Source: Chiloscyllium plagiosum
Lineage: Eukaryota
Assembly: GCF_004010195.1 (NCBI RefSeq)
Contig: NC_057719.1
Coordinates: forward strand, 81,031,212 to 81,065,240
Direction: 5' to 3'
DNA length: 34,029 nt
Notes under the pieces: model-generated
Database searches by the model: none
Told to the model about the DNA's origin: nothing
Seen by the model: the letters and a program-made list of their open reading frames with translations, nothing else
Translations under genes and position numbers: made by a program
Part shown: piece by piece, positions 1 through 12,825 of the stretch
How the letters are laid out: each line of letters starts with the position of its first letter
Position numbering within the stretch: position 1 is the stretch's first letter

Positions 1-1355
1 ATGATGCCTGTTCTTTGTGATTTTGATGATGAAATTAATATAGCAGCATCATGTTAGGGAACAAAGAAAAACTTTGCAACTAAAGTCCCAGCAATCACAT
101 TAAGGCAAAGCTTCCTCTGATTTACCTCCAAAAATGCACTTTAGTCTGCAACCTTAGATTGACCCTTGACACACACACCCAGGGTTTCAAATTCCCCACC
201 AATTACTGTTGTAGTCCCAGTAAAACCATTGACCATTTGGAACTAGGCAGTGGATCTATCTTTATCTTCTCACAGTCACTACATATCACTCACCTATCAA
301 ACTAAAGCAGGTTGTCTGGTGATTGTCACATCATTGTTTGCGAAACATTGCAAATTTCCCCGATTATAATAGTGACACACTGCTGTCTGTGCTGACACAC
401 TGCACTATGAAAATGGAAGCCTTTTGTTTTATAATTGAAGATTATTTTCCAACATGAAGAGAAGGAATATATGACTGATACTTCTGAAGTGGATTCCAGT
501 GAGCTTACTGGAAAATGAAGGCATCAATATAGAACAGCAGTCATAGAGGAAGATTTAGGCAATGCTTTACCAAAAATAAAATGTATTAAATAATCAACTG
601 TAAGTCCAATACTAAACTCAAGTTCACCAGAGGACAGTTAATTACTTCCTTGTACTTCAGTGCACATAAAATGATCTGGATTTTTAATGTTGAATATGAG
701 GGTTACGATGAATGCCCCCATTCCAACTGTAGCATGGAATATCACCCATTGGGAGATACATGTATAATGCATTGACATTTGTTTCTTTGTCTATAAAATT
801 GTAGGTCCATTTCCCAGCTGATCAAGGTTTCATGAGGGGAAGGAAGCAATTCAGCAGTTTAATTCTTATTTGCAGTAAGTCTTCTTCACCTGCCAATCCT
901 TTGCTCACTGACCTATGCCAATTCCCAATCTGTCAACACTATGATTTTAAAGTCATCTTCTTTATGTCCCTGGTTTCACCCCTTTATACCTGCAATAACC
1001 TCTTTCTCCAGACCCCAAACCCTTAGGGTACCTTGCTTTCAACTAATTCTGGGTCTCTTGCGTATCCTATCACTCCAGAAATGGCTGCCAAGCCTTCAGT
1101 TCTCTGGGCTCTGGAACATCCTCCTCAAACCTCTGCCTTGTGCACATTCTCTCTCTCGCTCTCTAAGGCATACCTCAAAATGAACTTCTTACAGACTAAT
1201 CTTTTTTAGTCATCAGCTCTACTGCCTCATGTGGCTGGTTGTTACTCATTAAGGTCCCTGAGAACCATTTTGGGATGTTCTTACTACACTTAAAGCACAA
1301 GATAACTGTAAATTGCTTAGAGTAAAGGTAAGATTGGAATCAAAAGTTCTCTCAC

Positions 1356-1712
1356 CGCGTTTCCAGTGACGCTCCTTCTTCAAGGATCTCCCTTGTCAAT
1401 GTCTCCTTACCATAGAAAGCCTTCAGAATATCCTGAAGCTCTTTCCTCCGAGTCTGGGGAAGGCCCTCAGCACGCAGCAAGGCCCGTGCTCCAGAACGCA
1501 CCCGCCTGCGACCCGGATCCTCCAGTAGGCGAACACTTTCCTCACAACCAATCGGTGCATTGAACTCTGCAGCCAGCTGCTGCTTTAGAACATTGTCATA
1601 ATAGTTCGAGGTGGCATGGCAGGCAGTGCATAAGAGCAGGACGTCGTGAGAATTGTGGTCTTTCATTTGGACCGGGAAGTGTCTCCGGTATTCATGGGGA
1701 ACAATGTTCTTC
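1356..1712 (-). CDS. EXD2: EXD2 coding exon 7 (357 nt), HNH-like region; gene continues beyond position 1
   Basis: Acceptor ttctttag|G; translates KNIVPHEYRRHFPVQMKDHNSHDVLLLCTACH...EEGASLET(R); phase-2 donor CG|gtgaga. No terminal exon found in 1-1355. Confidence 0.96.
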
Positions 1713-1839
1713 CTAAAGAAGCACAAATCATTGAATTTTAGATAAAATAGTTGGAATGAAAACTGAAAATATGGGTTACCCAAAGTAGCCAGAATGGGAA
1801 TGATTGAGTAATGTTTGCATTAATCACACCTTGAGAAAC

Positions 1840-2482
1840 TATAACTTCACATTAGTATGTATCTATCACTCTACGCTCATTGATCTGCACTGGCATCCAG
1901 TCTGGCAACACGTCAATATTAAAAGAAATGCCTTTCCTCAAATACCTCAGTCTTAACTTTCCCTTTCTCCTTGAGTACTATAACCCTCTGATACACACTG
2001 CATACATCCAGTGCCAGTGCAAGTGACTCTTCAAAATGATGGTTGGAGTGATAACCATGTATTACGTATTGGATGGTGCTGACATGCTTCAGCATTGTTG
2101 CACTTAAGTAGGAAGTATTCAATCACATCCCGGGTCATGTCCTGTAGGTGGTCAAAAAGTTTTGCAAGTAAGGAGATTTGTTATGGGTCGAAAATAGCTA
2201 GCCTCTGATCTGCTCTTGCAGTCAAAATGTGTGCTAGACTAATTAAGCTTTGGATGATGGCGATCTTCATGATATGGATGGTGAGGAATCTGACTAATGT
2301 AATATCAAAAGATGATTTTGGAAGTGGTCATTAGCCTTGCATCTGTTTATTGCACGTATTACTCACCATCTGTCAGCCCAGGTTGTGCTGTTGACCACGC
2401 TTTGTTGCATTCATTATCTTGAGAAGTTGTGAATAAAACTGAACACCGCAATCATCAGCAGATATCCTGACTTCTGACCTCA
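1840..2482 (-). mobile_element. CR1-clade LINE RT/3' fragment
   Basis: Minus strand aggtcagaagtcaggatatctgctgatgattgc (SADDC, a FADD-like RT motif). The same motif occurs on + at ~8790-8825. Confidence 0.6.
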
Positions 2483-2613
2483 TTACAGACAGAAGTTATA
2501 ATAACTATGTTTTATTTTAAAAATGTAAATTGGAAAATGGAAGCTTGGACTACTGTAATGCAGAGGGAAAAAGACAATGTGTTTTTTTAATAACTGGAAG
2601 CAAATGAAAACTA

Positions 2614-2778
2614 CAGAGGAACCTTGATTATCCAAAGGACCCAGGTGGGCAGTATTTCGTTTTATTAATCGAATTCCAAATAATTGAATACTGGATAACA
2701 TAGTTTAACCGAGCATCGGGACGTTGCCATCTTACTGGATAATCGATATCTGAATGCCAGATAATCGAGGTGCCTCTG
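2614..2778. mobile_element. Tc1/mariner (Tigger-like) MITE
   Basis: TA at 2612-13 and 2779-80; TIRs cagaggaaccttgattatc / gataatcgaggtgcctctg; second copy at 28854-29011. Confidence 0.85.
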
Positions 2779-3221
2779 TAGCGGATGTTTGCTCATTGGT
2801 TACACAAGAACTGTAACTTTTGAAAACTCGGAATTTGAACCTTCCGAGACATAATCTGTCATGAAATGCATTTGGGAATTAAAGAAAAACGTCCAGTAAC
2901 AGCGTTTGACTGGGTTTAAGTAGCAGTTTTGTCACAGGAGTAAAATAAGAAAGCATTGGGCATAAAAACCTGCAAGCAAACCAAATCCCCTTTTTCAAAG
3001 ATATCCTCCTCCAGTTAGTTATTGACTTGTCCATCATGATTTATGGCTAGATTGGCAGGACTAATTAATTGATTTTGGGATTGTTTAGCTTTGTCTAACA
3101 TGCTGCCTACCTCCTTAAATCAAGGCCCTATCTCTCTTTTCAAATGAGCTTAGAAGAACCTACTATTCCAAGGAAGAGTAGGGGAGTTACCCAGCGTCCT
3201 CTGCTCAATATTTACTCCACA

Positions 3222-3635
3222 GTCATAGAGGTCTACAGCACTGAAAAAGGCCCATCAGCCCAGGATGTCTTCGCTAGTCAAAACGACCTATTTAACTATT
3301 GTAATCCTATTTCCAGCACTTGGCCCACAGCCTTGTATGCCTTGGCATCGTAAGTGCACATCTAAACACTTTGCAAATACTATGAGAGTTTCTGTCTCTA
3401 TCATCCTTACAGACAGGAAGTTCCAAATTTCCACTCTCTGGGTGAAAAACAACCTCCTGTCCTTCACTTTAAACCTATGCCCCTTCCTGTCTGCCCTGTC
3501 TATGTTCCTCATAAATTTTACATATCCCAATCATGACCCCCTCAGTCTCCTCTGCTCTAAGGAAAACAAACCCCAGTCTATCCAATCTCTCTTCATAACT
3601 TTAACATCCTACTACATCTTTCCTGCACCCTGTGG
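3222..3635 (-). mobile_element. CR1/HER1-type LINE 3' fragment
   Basis: ORF 3288-3530 KGHRFKVK..FFTQRVEIWNFL..FAKCLDVHL is the typical CR1 ORF2 C-terminus. Confidence 0.85.
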
Positions 3636-4178
3636 GTGAAATGAGTTGTAAAATTCCTCATGTCCCTTTTATGTCTTCTATCATTGATAGGTCTGCTTTC
3701 AGCTACCATGAGCCTCAGAATGCAGAATTCCTTCCACGTCTCTCTCCTTCAAGGCACACTTGAAAAACTTCTTTGACCAATGTGTGTTTAGACTGTTCCA
3801 AGATCACTTCACATCGTTAAATTTTCTCTGATAATGCTTCACCTAAAGTGCTTTACTTTAACATTCCATAACATTAAGGGTACTGCACAAGCATAATATG
3901 CTTTTGTTTATCAAGTCAATGCCTTATGTCAGCATATTCCAAAACGACATATTCCAAAACCAGTTTGCAGACTGATGTGGAAGTGCTGAAGCCTGGTAAA
4001 GCTGAGGGTAAGATGAAGTCTAATTTATAATAAGTGTTATACAATCAGGTCAGGGCAAGCAAAATATCCAAAGTTCTAAGTAAATAATATGTACGGAAAT
4101 ATACAAAAGCATCTCTATTAGCTATGATGGATGAGTAAGAGATATCAATGTTTATTCCAGTGTCCAACACCACCTCAC

Positions 4179-4314
4179 CTGATGTAAGACTCTCTCTTGC
4201 CACACACAACACAAAGGTTTTCCTTGGTTGTCAAATAATAATCTTCTTGAGATTCAGGTCTTCCTGATGGTTCAAACTTCAACTTCACAACAAATGGGTC
4301 CTCACTGATGAGCT
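4179..4314 (-). CDS. EXD2: EXD2 coding exon 6 (136 nt), first CxxC of the HNH-like region
   Basis: Read manually as (E)LISEDPFVVKLKFEPSGRPESQEDYYLTTKENLCVVCGKRESYI(R). Acceptor tttatttag|AG; phase-2 donor AG|gtgagg. Confidence 0.96.
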
Positions 4315-4469
4315 CTAAATAAAAACACACGTTCATTCAAACTCAGAACACAACACTTTTAGATTTGAGGAACAAAAAAATCATATCACCTTCCTAGCCA
4401 CGATTCAGGTTAATGTGGACACATCTGATGGCAGCCAAATGGAGTCAATTGAAAAGGATAGACAGGGGG

Positions 4470-4665
4470 ATCCCCTGCTTTAACCCCAGGCTGCTAGGAT
4501 GACAGACACAGGAATCTTAGAAAACTTAAACACCCATTTAACAGTCCTGACCAAAGAGCAGCAGGAAGAAGTGGTCACTCGACTACGGAAATTTAAAGGA
4601 ACCTGCAGAGATCAGCCAGGGCTTACCTCACTAATAATTCGTAACAAAAATGTGGGAGAACACCA
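4470..4665 (+). mobile_element. Isolated Gmr1/gypsy fragment (IN-RT linker and start of RT)
   Basis: ORF 4499 reads ILENLNTHLTVLTKEQQEEVVTRLRKFKGTCRDQPGLTSLIIRNKNVGE. This resembles the pre-RT segment of gypsy pol and the equivalent stretch at ~12840-12930 (..CKDTPG*TTIAKHNVDIG). Confidence 0.65.
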
Positions 4666-4879
4666 CTCCCTACCCCATCCCAATACTGTTCTGCTGGAAT
4701 TTGCACTTGCAGCCCTTATCTTACAAATTGCTCACATTGTGAGAAAGAACAATATCAACACTGTTGCTCTTTCCCAAGTGTGAACCTATAGAATACAACA
4801 GGGGAACTGACAATGCACCTCTTAGCTGTGTATTGACTTTCAAATGTGAAAGAGAGAAGGAATGACACATTTTCACTAG

Positions 4880-5500
4880 GTTAACCAAACTGATCTCTGG
4901 GATGGCATATGAAGAGAGACTGGATCAGTGATGACCATATTCACTGAAGTTTGGATGAATGAGGCCAGATTTCACAGAAACCCATAAAATTCAACAGGAC
5001 CAGACAGGATAAATGTGGGAAGGGTGTTCGCGAAGATCCAGGAGTCCAGAACCAGGGGTCACAGTTTAAGGATATGGGGTAGGCCACCTAGAACTGAGTC
5101 TAGATCAGAGTGTCTGATATTTCAGGCAAAGATTTTCCTGCTCATCGGATGCTGCCTGACCTGCTGTGCTTTTCCAGCGCCACTCTAATCTAACTCTGAT
5201 CTCCAGCATCTGCAGTCCTCACTTCCAACTAGAACTGAGATGAGGAGAAATCTCTTCACCAAGAGTGGTGAGCCTATGGAATTTCCTGCCACAGAAAATG
5301 GAGTGGAGGCCAACAGATTGAATATTTTCAAGGAGGAGATCTTATAGTAGGGACATATCTTTCTGAGGGGTAAAGGGATTAGAAGCTATGAGGAGAAGCA
5401 GGAAGAGGATACTGAGTTGGATGATTAACCATGATCATACTGAATGACAGAGCAGATTCCAAGGTTCTGAATGGCCTATTTGTGTTCCTATTTTCTATCT
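4880..5500 (+). mobile_element. CR1/HER1-type LINE 3' fragment with a nested 130-bp insertion
   Basis: gagtccagaaccaggggtcacagtttaaggata (ESRTRGHSLRI); 3' tail gaatggcctatt..ttcctattttctat. Confidence 0.8.
5099..5228. mobile_element. Short Penelope-type repeat insertion with 11-bp TSD
   Basis: Flanked by ctagaactgag at 5088-5098 and 5229-5239. Contains gatgctgcctgacctgctg and atctccagcatctgcagt, related to 25810-25993. Confidence 0.7.
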
Positions 5501-5902
5501 GTTTTCTTTGAACAGAAAGCTTGTTAAAAATATAGAACGATTAACATGCACAGAGTCGTCAAAATATTGAACAATGGATCCTCAATTAGAAAGGTAGAAA
5601 TTATTTAAGTTGGAACTGACTCCTTAATGGGTCAACAACAGAACCAAAGTTCACCTGGTTATGAAGTTCTGAACCTTGGTGGAATCTGCTCTTGACATTA
5701 CAACAAAGAACAGCAGACAGCACTGCAGACTGATAGCCAAGGCTGCGACGAGTCCAAGTCTCCCTGAAGCCTAGTTCCAGAAAGATTCTTATATTTGCCT
5801 GCAAAGTAGACCAATTCCTTGTACCCCCAGGATCATCTTGCTGCGCCAACACCAACCTTAAAGGAATCCTGCAACTCTTGCCGTCAGTCAACTGGACATG
5901 CC

Positions 5903-5982
5903 TGGGAGTGGGGGATGTGTGTTGTGTTGTGGGTGTGGGTGTGGGTGTGAGAGTGTGGGTGTGTCCAGTCTGTCTCTCTCTC
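5903..5982. repeat. (TGTGGG)n / GT-rich simple repeat
   Basis: tgtgttgtgttgtgggtgtgggtgtgggtgtgagagtgtgggtgtg followed by a short ct run. Confidence 0.85.
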
Positions 5983-6090
5983 CTGTCCATAACAGATGCA
6001 ACTATTTTCAGTATTCTTCTGTAATTCATTGTTCTCGGCAGTGGCAGCATAGTTCAGTCTCTTTTGCTCTCAAACTGAAGACCAACCTAC

Positions 6091-6197
6091 CCCCAATGCC
6101 CTTGTCTATGTACCATTGAGCCTTCTTCCTGTCACAGGTGCACAGAGGTTGTCCATCTGGAGCATGGAGGAAGCAATTGTCATAGAGAGGCGATTTC
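6091..6197 (-). CDS. EXD2: EXD2 coding exon 5 (107 nt)
   Basis: Read manually as (R)KSPLYDNCFLHAPDGQPLCTCDRKKAQWYIDKGIG. Acceptor ttttttcag|G; phase-1 donor G|gtaggt. Confidence 0.96.
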
Positions 6198-6954
6198 CTG
6201 AAAAAAGTGAAATAATTAGCAATGATTCCCTATGAAGTAATCATCAGAAACACACCTGCAGAGGACCTGAACAATCATCTGCCATGAATAGCACAGCTCC
6301 ATGTGCTAACAGAGGTTAACATTCGAACCAATGACAGTCAACCTTAGTCTTTGAAAATGCTATGTCTGCACTCACTACCCTTGTGCACAAGCTGATGTCA
6401 TGCTTTTTGTCACACTTTATGTCAAATGCAAGTGACTTTCAGATTTGTGCATTTAATGTGGAGACTAACTACTGGATTCCTTCAATGTTTTTTCAGAACT
6501 TTTCACCGATGATTCCCCCGAAACCTCTGCAATCTAGTTTTCTTAAAAACTTGGATGAAATAAAATGCAGAATTTACAAGAACGTTTTTTAATGCTTGCT
6601 GAAGTTTTACCTGCAGACTACAAATCTCATTTTTGGGTTGATCAATTTGCTCAGGCTGGAGACTAGGAAAACTACATCAGGATTGTGCAGCTGAGTAGTG
6701 TGCAGAATATTTAACTTCCCAGGTTGCACAGTACTGTTCAGCCAGCTATACTGATGAAATATTCCAACCACTTCTGACCAAGATTTTCTTGAAAAGTTAA
6801 CTCTTTGAATAGTAGTTTAGAGAAAACATTTTAAAATCTTCATTTAGGTAAAACATTTATTGAGACTTTGAAAAGAAGTTGTGTGTTATACAAAGGGATT
6901 ACACACCGTAACATGCATTAAGCTAAGAAACGAAACATTTCCTCCCCATCTCTG

Positions 6955-7265
6955 GAATCATAGAATCCCTATAGCGTGGAAGCAGGCCATTGGTCCATAC
7001 CGACCCTCCGAAGAGCATCCCACCCTATCCCATGGCTAACCATGTGGCCTATATATCCCTAGATTCTATATGAAATTTAGCTTGGCCAATCCACCTAACC
7101 TGCACATCTTTGGACTGTGGGAGGAAACCAAAGCAAAGCACCCACAGGAAACCAAAGCAAACATGGGGAGAATGTGTAAACTTCACAAGTCGACGAGGGT
7201 AGATTGGAACCCAGGTCCCTGGTGCTGTGAGGCAAAAGCGCTGACCACTGAGCCACCGTGCCACC
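6955..7265 (-). mobile_element. HE1-type V-SINE
   Basis: tRNA-like head GGCACGGTGGCTCAGTGG..GGTTCCAATC, V-domain core, and tail ending gggattctatgattc. Contains an internal duplication of ggaaaccaaagcaaa. Confidence 0.88.
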
Positions 7266-7284
7266 TGTTGTCATGTAAAACACT

Positions 7285-8010
7285 AAACAGGGAATGTAAT
7301 GAGAGAAAATGTGAGTTTTGCACCTTGGCAGGAAGAATAGAAGAGGTCAATATTGTTTATATGGGTAAAGACTGCAGAAACCTGCAGAAAGGTTTGGGGT
7401 CCTAGTGCATGAATCACAAAACGTCAGCAGACAATTTCAGCAGCTAATAAGGAAGCAAATGGAATACTGGCCTTTATTTCAAAGGGAATGGATTATAAAA
7501 ACAGGGGAGTCTTTCTAAAACTTCACAAAGTTCACAAGTTAGACCAGATCTGGAATACCATGAATAGATTTGGTTTCCCCTAATGTAAAAAAAGATGTAT
7601 TAGTATTGGAGATAGTCCAGCGAAGGTTCATTGGGTTGATCCTAAGTATGGAATCACTTGCTTATGAGAGAGTCAAGAGGTCAAGTAGTTTGGGCTTGTA
7701 CGCATTGGAGTTTCGGAGAATGAGAGGGCACTTTATTGAAACATAAGATTCTTCGAGGTCTTGACAAGGTAGATGCAGAGACGTGGTTTCCCTTGTGAGA
7801 GACCATTCATTTAAGGCAGAGACGAGGAGGAATATTTTGTTCCAAAGAGTGTGTGGAATTGTTTACTATGGAGGCCTGTCAAAGCCGGATGGTTAAGAAT
7901 TCTTTGAGGCTGAGGAAGACAGATTTCTTATCTTTTAAAGAATCAAATGTTAAGGGGATAAGGCAAGAAAATAGTACTGTGGATTATCAGATCAGGCATG
8001 AACTAATAGG
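7285..8010 (+). mobile_element. CR1-type LINE ORF2 3' fragment
   Basis: gttagaccagatctggaatac (VRPDLEY) and gtccagcgaaggttca (VQRRF) motifs. Confidence 0.8.
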
Positions 8011-8734
8011 CTAAGCAAGAATCAAAGTTGTGGAATAACACCAACATTCTTGAAAGGAATAATGGGAGCACACTGCTCTTTAGAAACGAGAAGTAGAATT
8101 CTGGAAAGATATCCCACAAAAGAAGATAATTAAGATTTTGAGTAACAGATCTTGGAGGCACCATAACAATTTGCATTTACACAGCACCTTTACCACAATA
8201 AAACAGCCCAAGGCATTTCAGATGAGCATCATCCAAAAAGCTAATAAGGAGCTATAAGACAAAAATGTAAAAATTTGGTCGAAAGGGCTGGTTTCAAAGA
8301 GATTCTTAAATTATGACAGAGATGGAGACATTTAGGGGAGGGAATTCTGCAACTGAAGGCTTCAAAAGCAGAAGCATGGCTGTCAGAGCAGCACAAAAAA
8401 TACCAGGTGCTCGGGCAGGCAGAAGAGACCTTAGAGAGTTGGAGGAGATTGCAGAGATGGGGAAAAGGACAAGGCCGTGAAGACATTTAAGAACACTGAG
8501 GCAAAATCTAAGAAGAAAAATAAAGGAAGCTCAACCTAGCCCCAAGTGGGAAAAAAAAACTTCACAATGGTTTGGGGAAAGATGAGGGGAAACAGAGATC
8601 ATGATACAAATGCTGCCAGAAACACATTATTCCAATAAAACAATCAATGCTTGTGGCACCTCAACTCAATTGAAGACTGATATAGAGGGCTTTGACAATG
8701 AAGTCATTATGCATTGATGTCCTGCACCGGTTTA

Positions 8735-8850
8735 TTCTTCCTAGTCCCCACAACCTTCAGCTGCTTCAGTGACCTTCAGTTTGCACAAGGTCAGAAGTGG
8801 GAACGTTTACTGATGATTGTACAATGTCCAGCACCACTTGCAACTCCAAA
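8735..8850 (+). mobile_element. LINE RT fragment
   Basis: Reads ..PTTFSCF..RSEVGTFTDDCTMSST. Confidence 0.6.
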
Positions 8851-9495
8851 CCTAGACAGACAGAGATAACTGAGGGACTGGTAGGGCCCTCAAGTTTAGA
8901 TGAAAAGAGGCCAGGGACTGCATTGGAATCTGGTGCTATTCATTTAGATTTAAAGCTGCCTGAGCATGAGGAGAGAATGAAAAAATACTGGAGAAGGAAG
9001 GAAAAAGTCAAAGGAAAGCAGAAATAGATAACTGTAAATGGAAAATAAAAACAGGAAGTGAAAATGAGAATTGCAGCTAGAATTGCAAACTAAAATTAGA
9101 ATTGCAAAAGGAAAAGAAAGCATGGAGACATGCAGATAAGCTTAAAATGATGTGACTGAAACAGAAGATGCACTAAAGTGGAGAGAATCTGAACCATAAT
9201 TTGAAATCCAGTAAGGAAATGTTTAAGTTTGCATAGGTCCTACTCAAATTAGAGAAAAAGATTTCAGAGACAATCTTCATGTGGTTTGAGAAAATGGCTA
9301 GGCAAAAGAGGGCTGTACATTGCTGATGGGAGTAAGTTGACAGGTTAAGCACAGGAAATTCATGCATCACTCTCAGTGGAGGTTTCTCAGCTCAATGATG
9401 TTATGAAGACAACTATATTGATGGCATGTGAGCTAGTCCCTGAAGCATTTAGGCAGTGTTTGGAATTTTAGGGAAACTGCCAGAGCTAACCTGCA

Positions 9496-9681
9496 CAGGG
9501 AATCCCTGACTTATGAGCGCTCGTACTTACGGACATAATCCCATGCAAGGGTGTCATTTTAAAGATCCAACATATGAATATTTTCTGTACTTACGAACAG
9601 CTACTTTATGCTGTCCTGCATTGAGTTCCGACCTGCGCATGGGCTCGAGAATGGAACCCATTTGGAACCCTGGGCTGCCTG
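9496..9681. mobile_element. Tigger-like MITE nested in gypsy gag
   Basis: Decayed TIRs cagggaatccctgacttatga / accctgggctgcctg|ta, with internal acttacg repeats. Gag motifs resume on either side. Confidence 0.6.
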
Positions 9682-11149
9682 TATTGAATTGAAAAGGATT
9701 TCGCGAAGTAATTTTGGTATGTTGGATAGAAGCATTAGAAGCTGAAACCACGTATGAAGCTGTTAGAGAGATTATGCGCTTAAAAGAATTTTTAAAAAGT
9801 CACTACCTTCTGTAATAAGAACCCATGGTGAGGGCTAAAGGGTTGCATTTCCTAGACAGACAGCAATAATGCCCAATGATTAACAGCTAATCCACGAAAT
9901 GTAACCTTTTATCCCAGTCACTGTCAGAAATACAAAAAGCATAGAAAAGTAACAGGAAGGTGAGAGCCAAGAATGAATAGCTGGGAATACCCCAGGGTCT
10001 CCTCCTCAGATCAAAGGCAAAGTACTAAGGGTGGAAGTGAAAACTGGAAGTCAGTGTGTTTCCATTGTAGAAAGGTGGGGCCTTTGTTTCAGAATGCTGG
10101 AAGCTGAGACTCATTGGAGCTCTTAAGAGTGCATCTGAGTAGGAAACTCAGAAGGAAAAGGCCACGGATCAGATAGCAGCTTTAACTATAACGAAGAGAC
10201 ACTACGGTGAGTGCAGAAGTTGTACATAGGGTAGATGAACGATTTGAAAGGATTTTATCTAAAAATAAGCTAACCCCCTTTTCTTCAAAGAGATCATTCA
10301 AGCTCATAACTACACTAAGGAGTACAGAGGTTATTTAAATCATGCTGCTGGAAGCCCAAAGTGTTGGTAAATGGATAAATGGAGAGTATATCCAGGTTCC
10401 ATTGTACAATGCCCAATTGGATTGAGACTTGTTGGCTGCACAAGTGGTAGTTAAGAAATTATCTAGCAGCAGTGAAACCTATGGCTTTGCCTATAACTAC
10501 AAAAAACCTATCTAAAGCTAAGAAAACGGAAGAATCGTCAAGAGTAGGTTCTGGGTATTTTTCCATCATGTAGTGACCAGAGGGATGGTTAAACAAAGTT
10601 CATCACCAGGGGTCATAGTAACAATGCATGTAAAACATGTTGTTAGGGTGGCTGAAATGACCTAAGGAAGATAGTTCAAAAGAAGCATTTGGCATGTTTT
10701 TATTAATTAAGTCTCAGGATGCTGCATCTGTCTGTCCACTCTGAAGCTGAGGGTAAATGCCATTACATCAAAAACGGAGCTCTGATAAGGAGATATCCTC
10801 ACTAATTACAGAATGAAGACTGGATGGTTCTTCATTAAATAGTGGTTTGCCTCAATACTATAAGGAGATATGAAATTCTTAATGTAGGGCATGTAAGAAT
10901 ATACAAAATGCAGGCATTGATATACATTTATTTTATCTAGCCAAGATTCCATAAGGATGTAGTGCGGTTCCGTAAAACATATCACACATGTCAGGTGGTA
11001 GGAAAATAACAGGTAATGAAACTACTACCTTTGAAACCCATACCAGTTTGTTGAAGAGCCATTCAGTTGAGTGGTAGTGGATTGTGTAGAATCATTACCA
11101 AGAAGTGAAAGTAGGACACTAGTATATCCTTACAAAAAGGATAAATCTT

Positions 11150-11352
11150 ACTAGACTACAGGGCTGCTCTCATTAGAAAGAGATGACTGGTAATGGTTTA
11201 ATCTGAGCATCATGACATATCAGGAAAGGGGAGAAGTAGAGAAAAATAATCCTTCATAGCAACCTCAACCAGTACAGAAATTGAACCCACATTATTAGTA
11301 TCACTCTGCATCTCAAACCAACTGTCCAGCCTACTGAGCTAAACCAATCCCA
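11150..11352 (-). mobile_element. tRNA-derived SINE (second family) nested in the integrase
   Basis: Minus strand: tagctcagtagg (A box)...gatgcagagtgat...ggttcaatt (B box). Related copies at ~21190-21360 and ~33125-33275. Confidence 0.75.
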
Positions 11353-12206
11353 ATTATGGATATGACAACCTGATTTACAAAAGCTATTCCTTTAAGGACA
11401 GGTACAGTTATGGTAGTAATAGATAAATTAATTCAGTTTTTCAAGCATTATTGACTAACACTTGAGATAAAGTTAGAATCCTGAGCAGACTTTTTGTTTA
11501 AAGATTTCCAGGAAATCATTAGCAATTTGAGCATAAAACAATTGAAGTCAACTGCATTACATCCACAAGCCCAGGAAACTTTGGGAATCATCAGAGACGT
11601 AAAAACCATGATTAAGGCATACTTTATTGAAATCCCATGAATTTGGACAAAGGATTAGATTTCTTACTATTTTCTGCCAGATATTCCCCAAATGAATCTC
11701 CTGAGTCTATTTGAACTGAGTTATGGTCAGGAGATTAAAGGACCGTTAAATTGACTGGGGAGACCTTCTTGAACCAAAAAGACAAATCTGCAAAGTTGAA
11801 TTACACATCTAGCAAAGCTCACAGGAGCATGGAGAGCACAAGAAAACGTGAAGGTCTCTTAGGCAAAAATGTGAAAATAGGCAGATAAACATTCAGCAAC
11901 TACTTTTAAAGGAAGAGATGACATATTGGTAGTGTTGCCTCTGCAAGGTGAGCCTCAAAGCGAAATTTAGTGGTCCATAAAACGTAGTTAGGAGCGTTAG
12001 TAAAATGATTTATCTGGCAAATATACCAGGTCATAGGAAGAAGAATTGGTTATGCCACATAAATGTGTTGAAAATATATCATCATAGGGAACAAGTGTGT
12101 CGAGGTTGCAAGAGTAGTTGAAGATGACACAAGAAATAAGAGTAAGGTAGGAGAGGCAAAACTCATACAGCCTCACTCACGTGAGTGTTCGGACAGTTCA
12201 TAAATT

Positions 12207-12825
12207 GAGTCATAGAAAGTTACAGCACAGAAAGAAGCCCTTTGGCTCATCATATCTTTGTCAGTCATCAACCTTCCATCTACGGTAATCTCATTATCCA
12301 GCACTTGGCCCATAGCCTTGTGTGTTATCATGTTTCAAATGCTCATCTAAATACTTCTTAATTGTCTTGAAGATTCCTGCTATTACCATTCTTCGAGGCA
12401 GTTGAGTTCCCTCTGGGTGATAAACATTTCCTCCAATCGTCTCTAAACCTCATGCTCCTTACTTTAAAATGGTTACTGATCCCCCCACTGAGGGGAACCA
12501 TTTCTTTCCAACTATCCTGTCTAAACCCCTCAGAATTTTATACACCTCAGTCAAATCTCCTGCTCAGTCTTCTCTGCTCCAAGGAAAACAACCCCAGCCT
12601 AGCTAGTCTCTCTTCATAGCTGAGTCGCTCCAGCCGAAGCAACATCCTGGTAAACCTGTTCTGCACCATGTCTACTACAATTATATTCTGCATATAGTAT
12701 GGCAGCCAGAACTAACTGAACTTATATACAGCTTCATCATAACCTCCCTGCATTTGTATTTAATGCCCTGACTAATAAAGGCAAATCCCATATGACTTCT
12801 AAGTATCTACCTGCCCTGCTGCCAA
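12207..12825 (-). mobile_element. CR1-type LINE 3' fragment nested between integrase and RT
   Basis: Homologous to 3222-3635 (ccagcacttggcccatagccttg; ctgctccaaggaaaacaacccca). Confidence 0.8.

Noticed and set aside
1..1355. Terminal EXD2 exon
   Set aside because: No sequence encoding the expected C-terminus (recalled as ..NENYVPHG..WRQHF) was found; it presumably lies outside the window.
1713..1783. N-terminal extensions of ORF-track entries overlapping EXD2 exons (also 17099-17146, 30195-30224, and the C-terminal 32470-32565)
   Set aside because: Intronic read-through past clear splice sites.
3933..3960. Short tandem duplication of catattccaaaac
   Set aside because: An ordinary slippage duplication with no sign of function.
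5601..6050. 149-aa minus-strand ORF
   Set aside because: Intronic, runs through a simple repeat (TPTPTPT), and has no recognisable domain.
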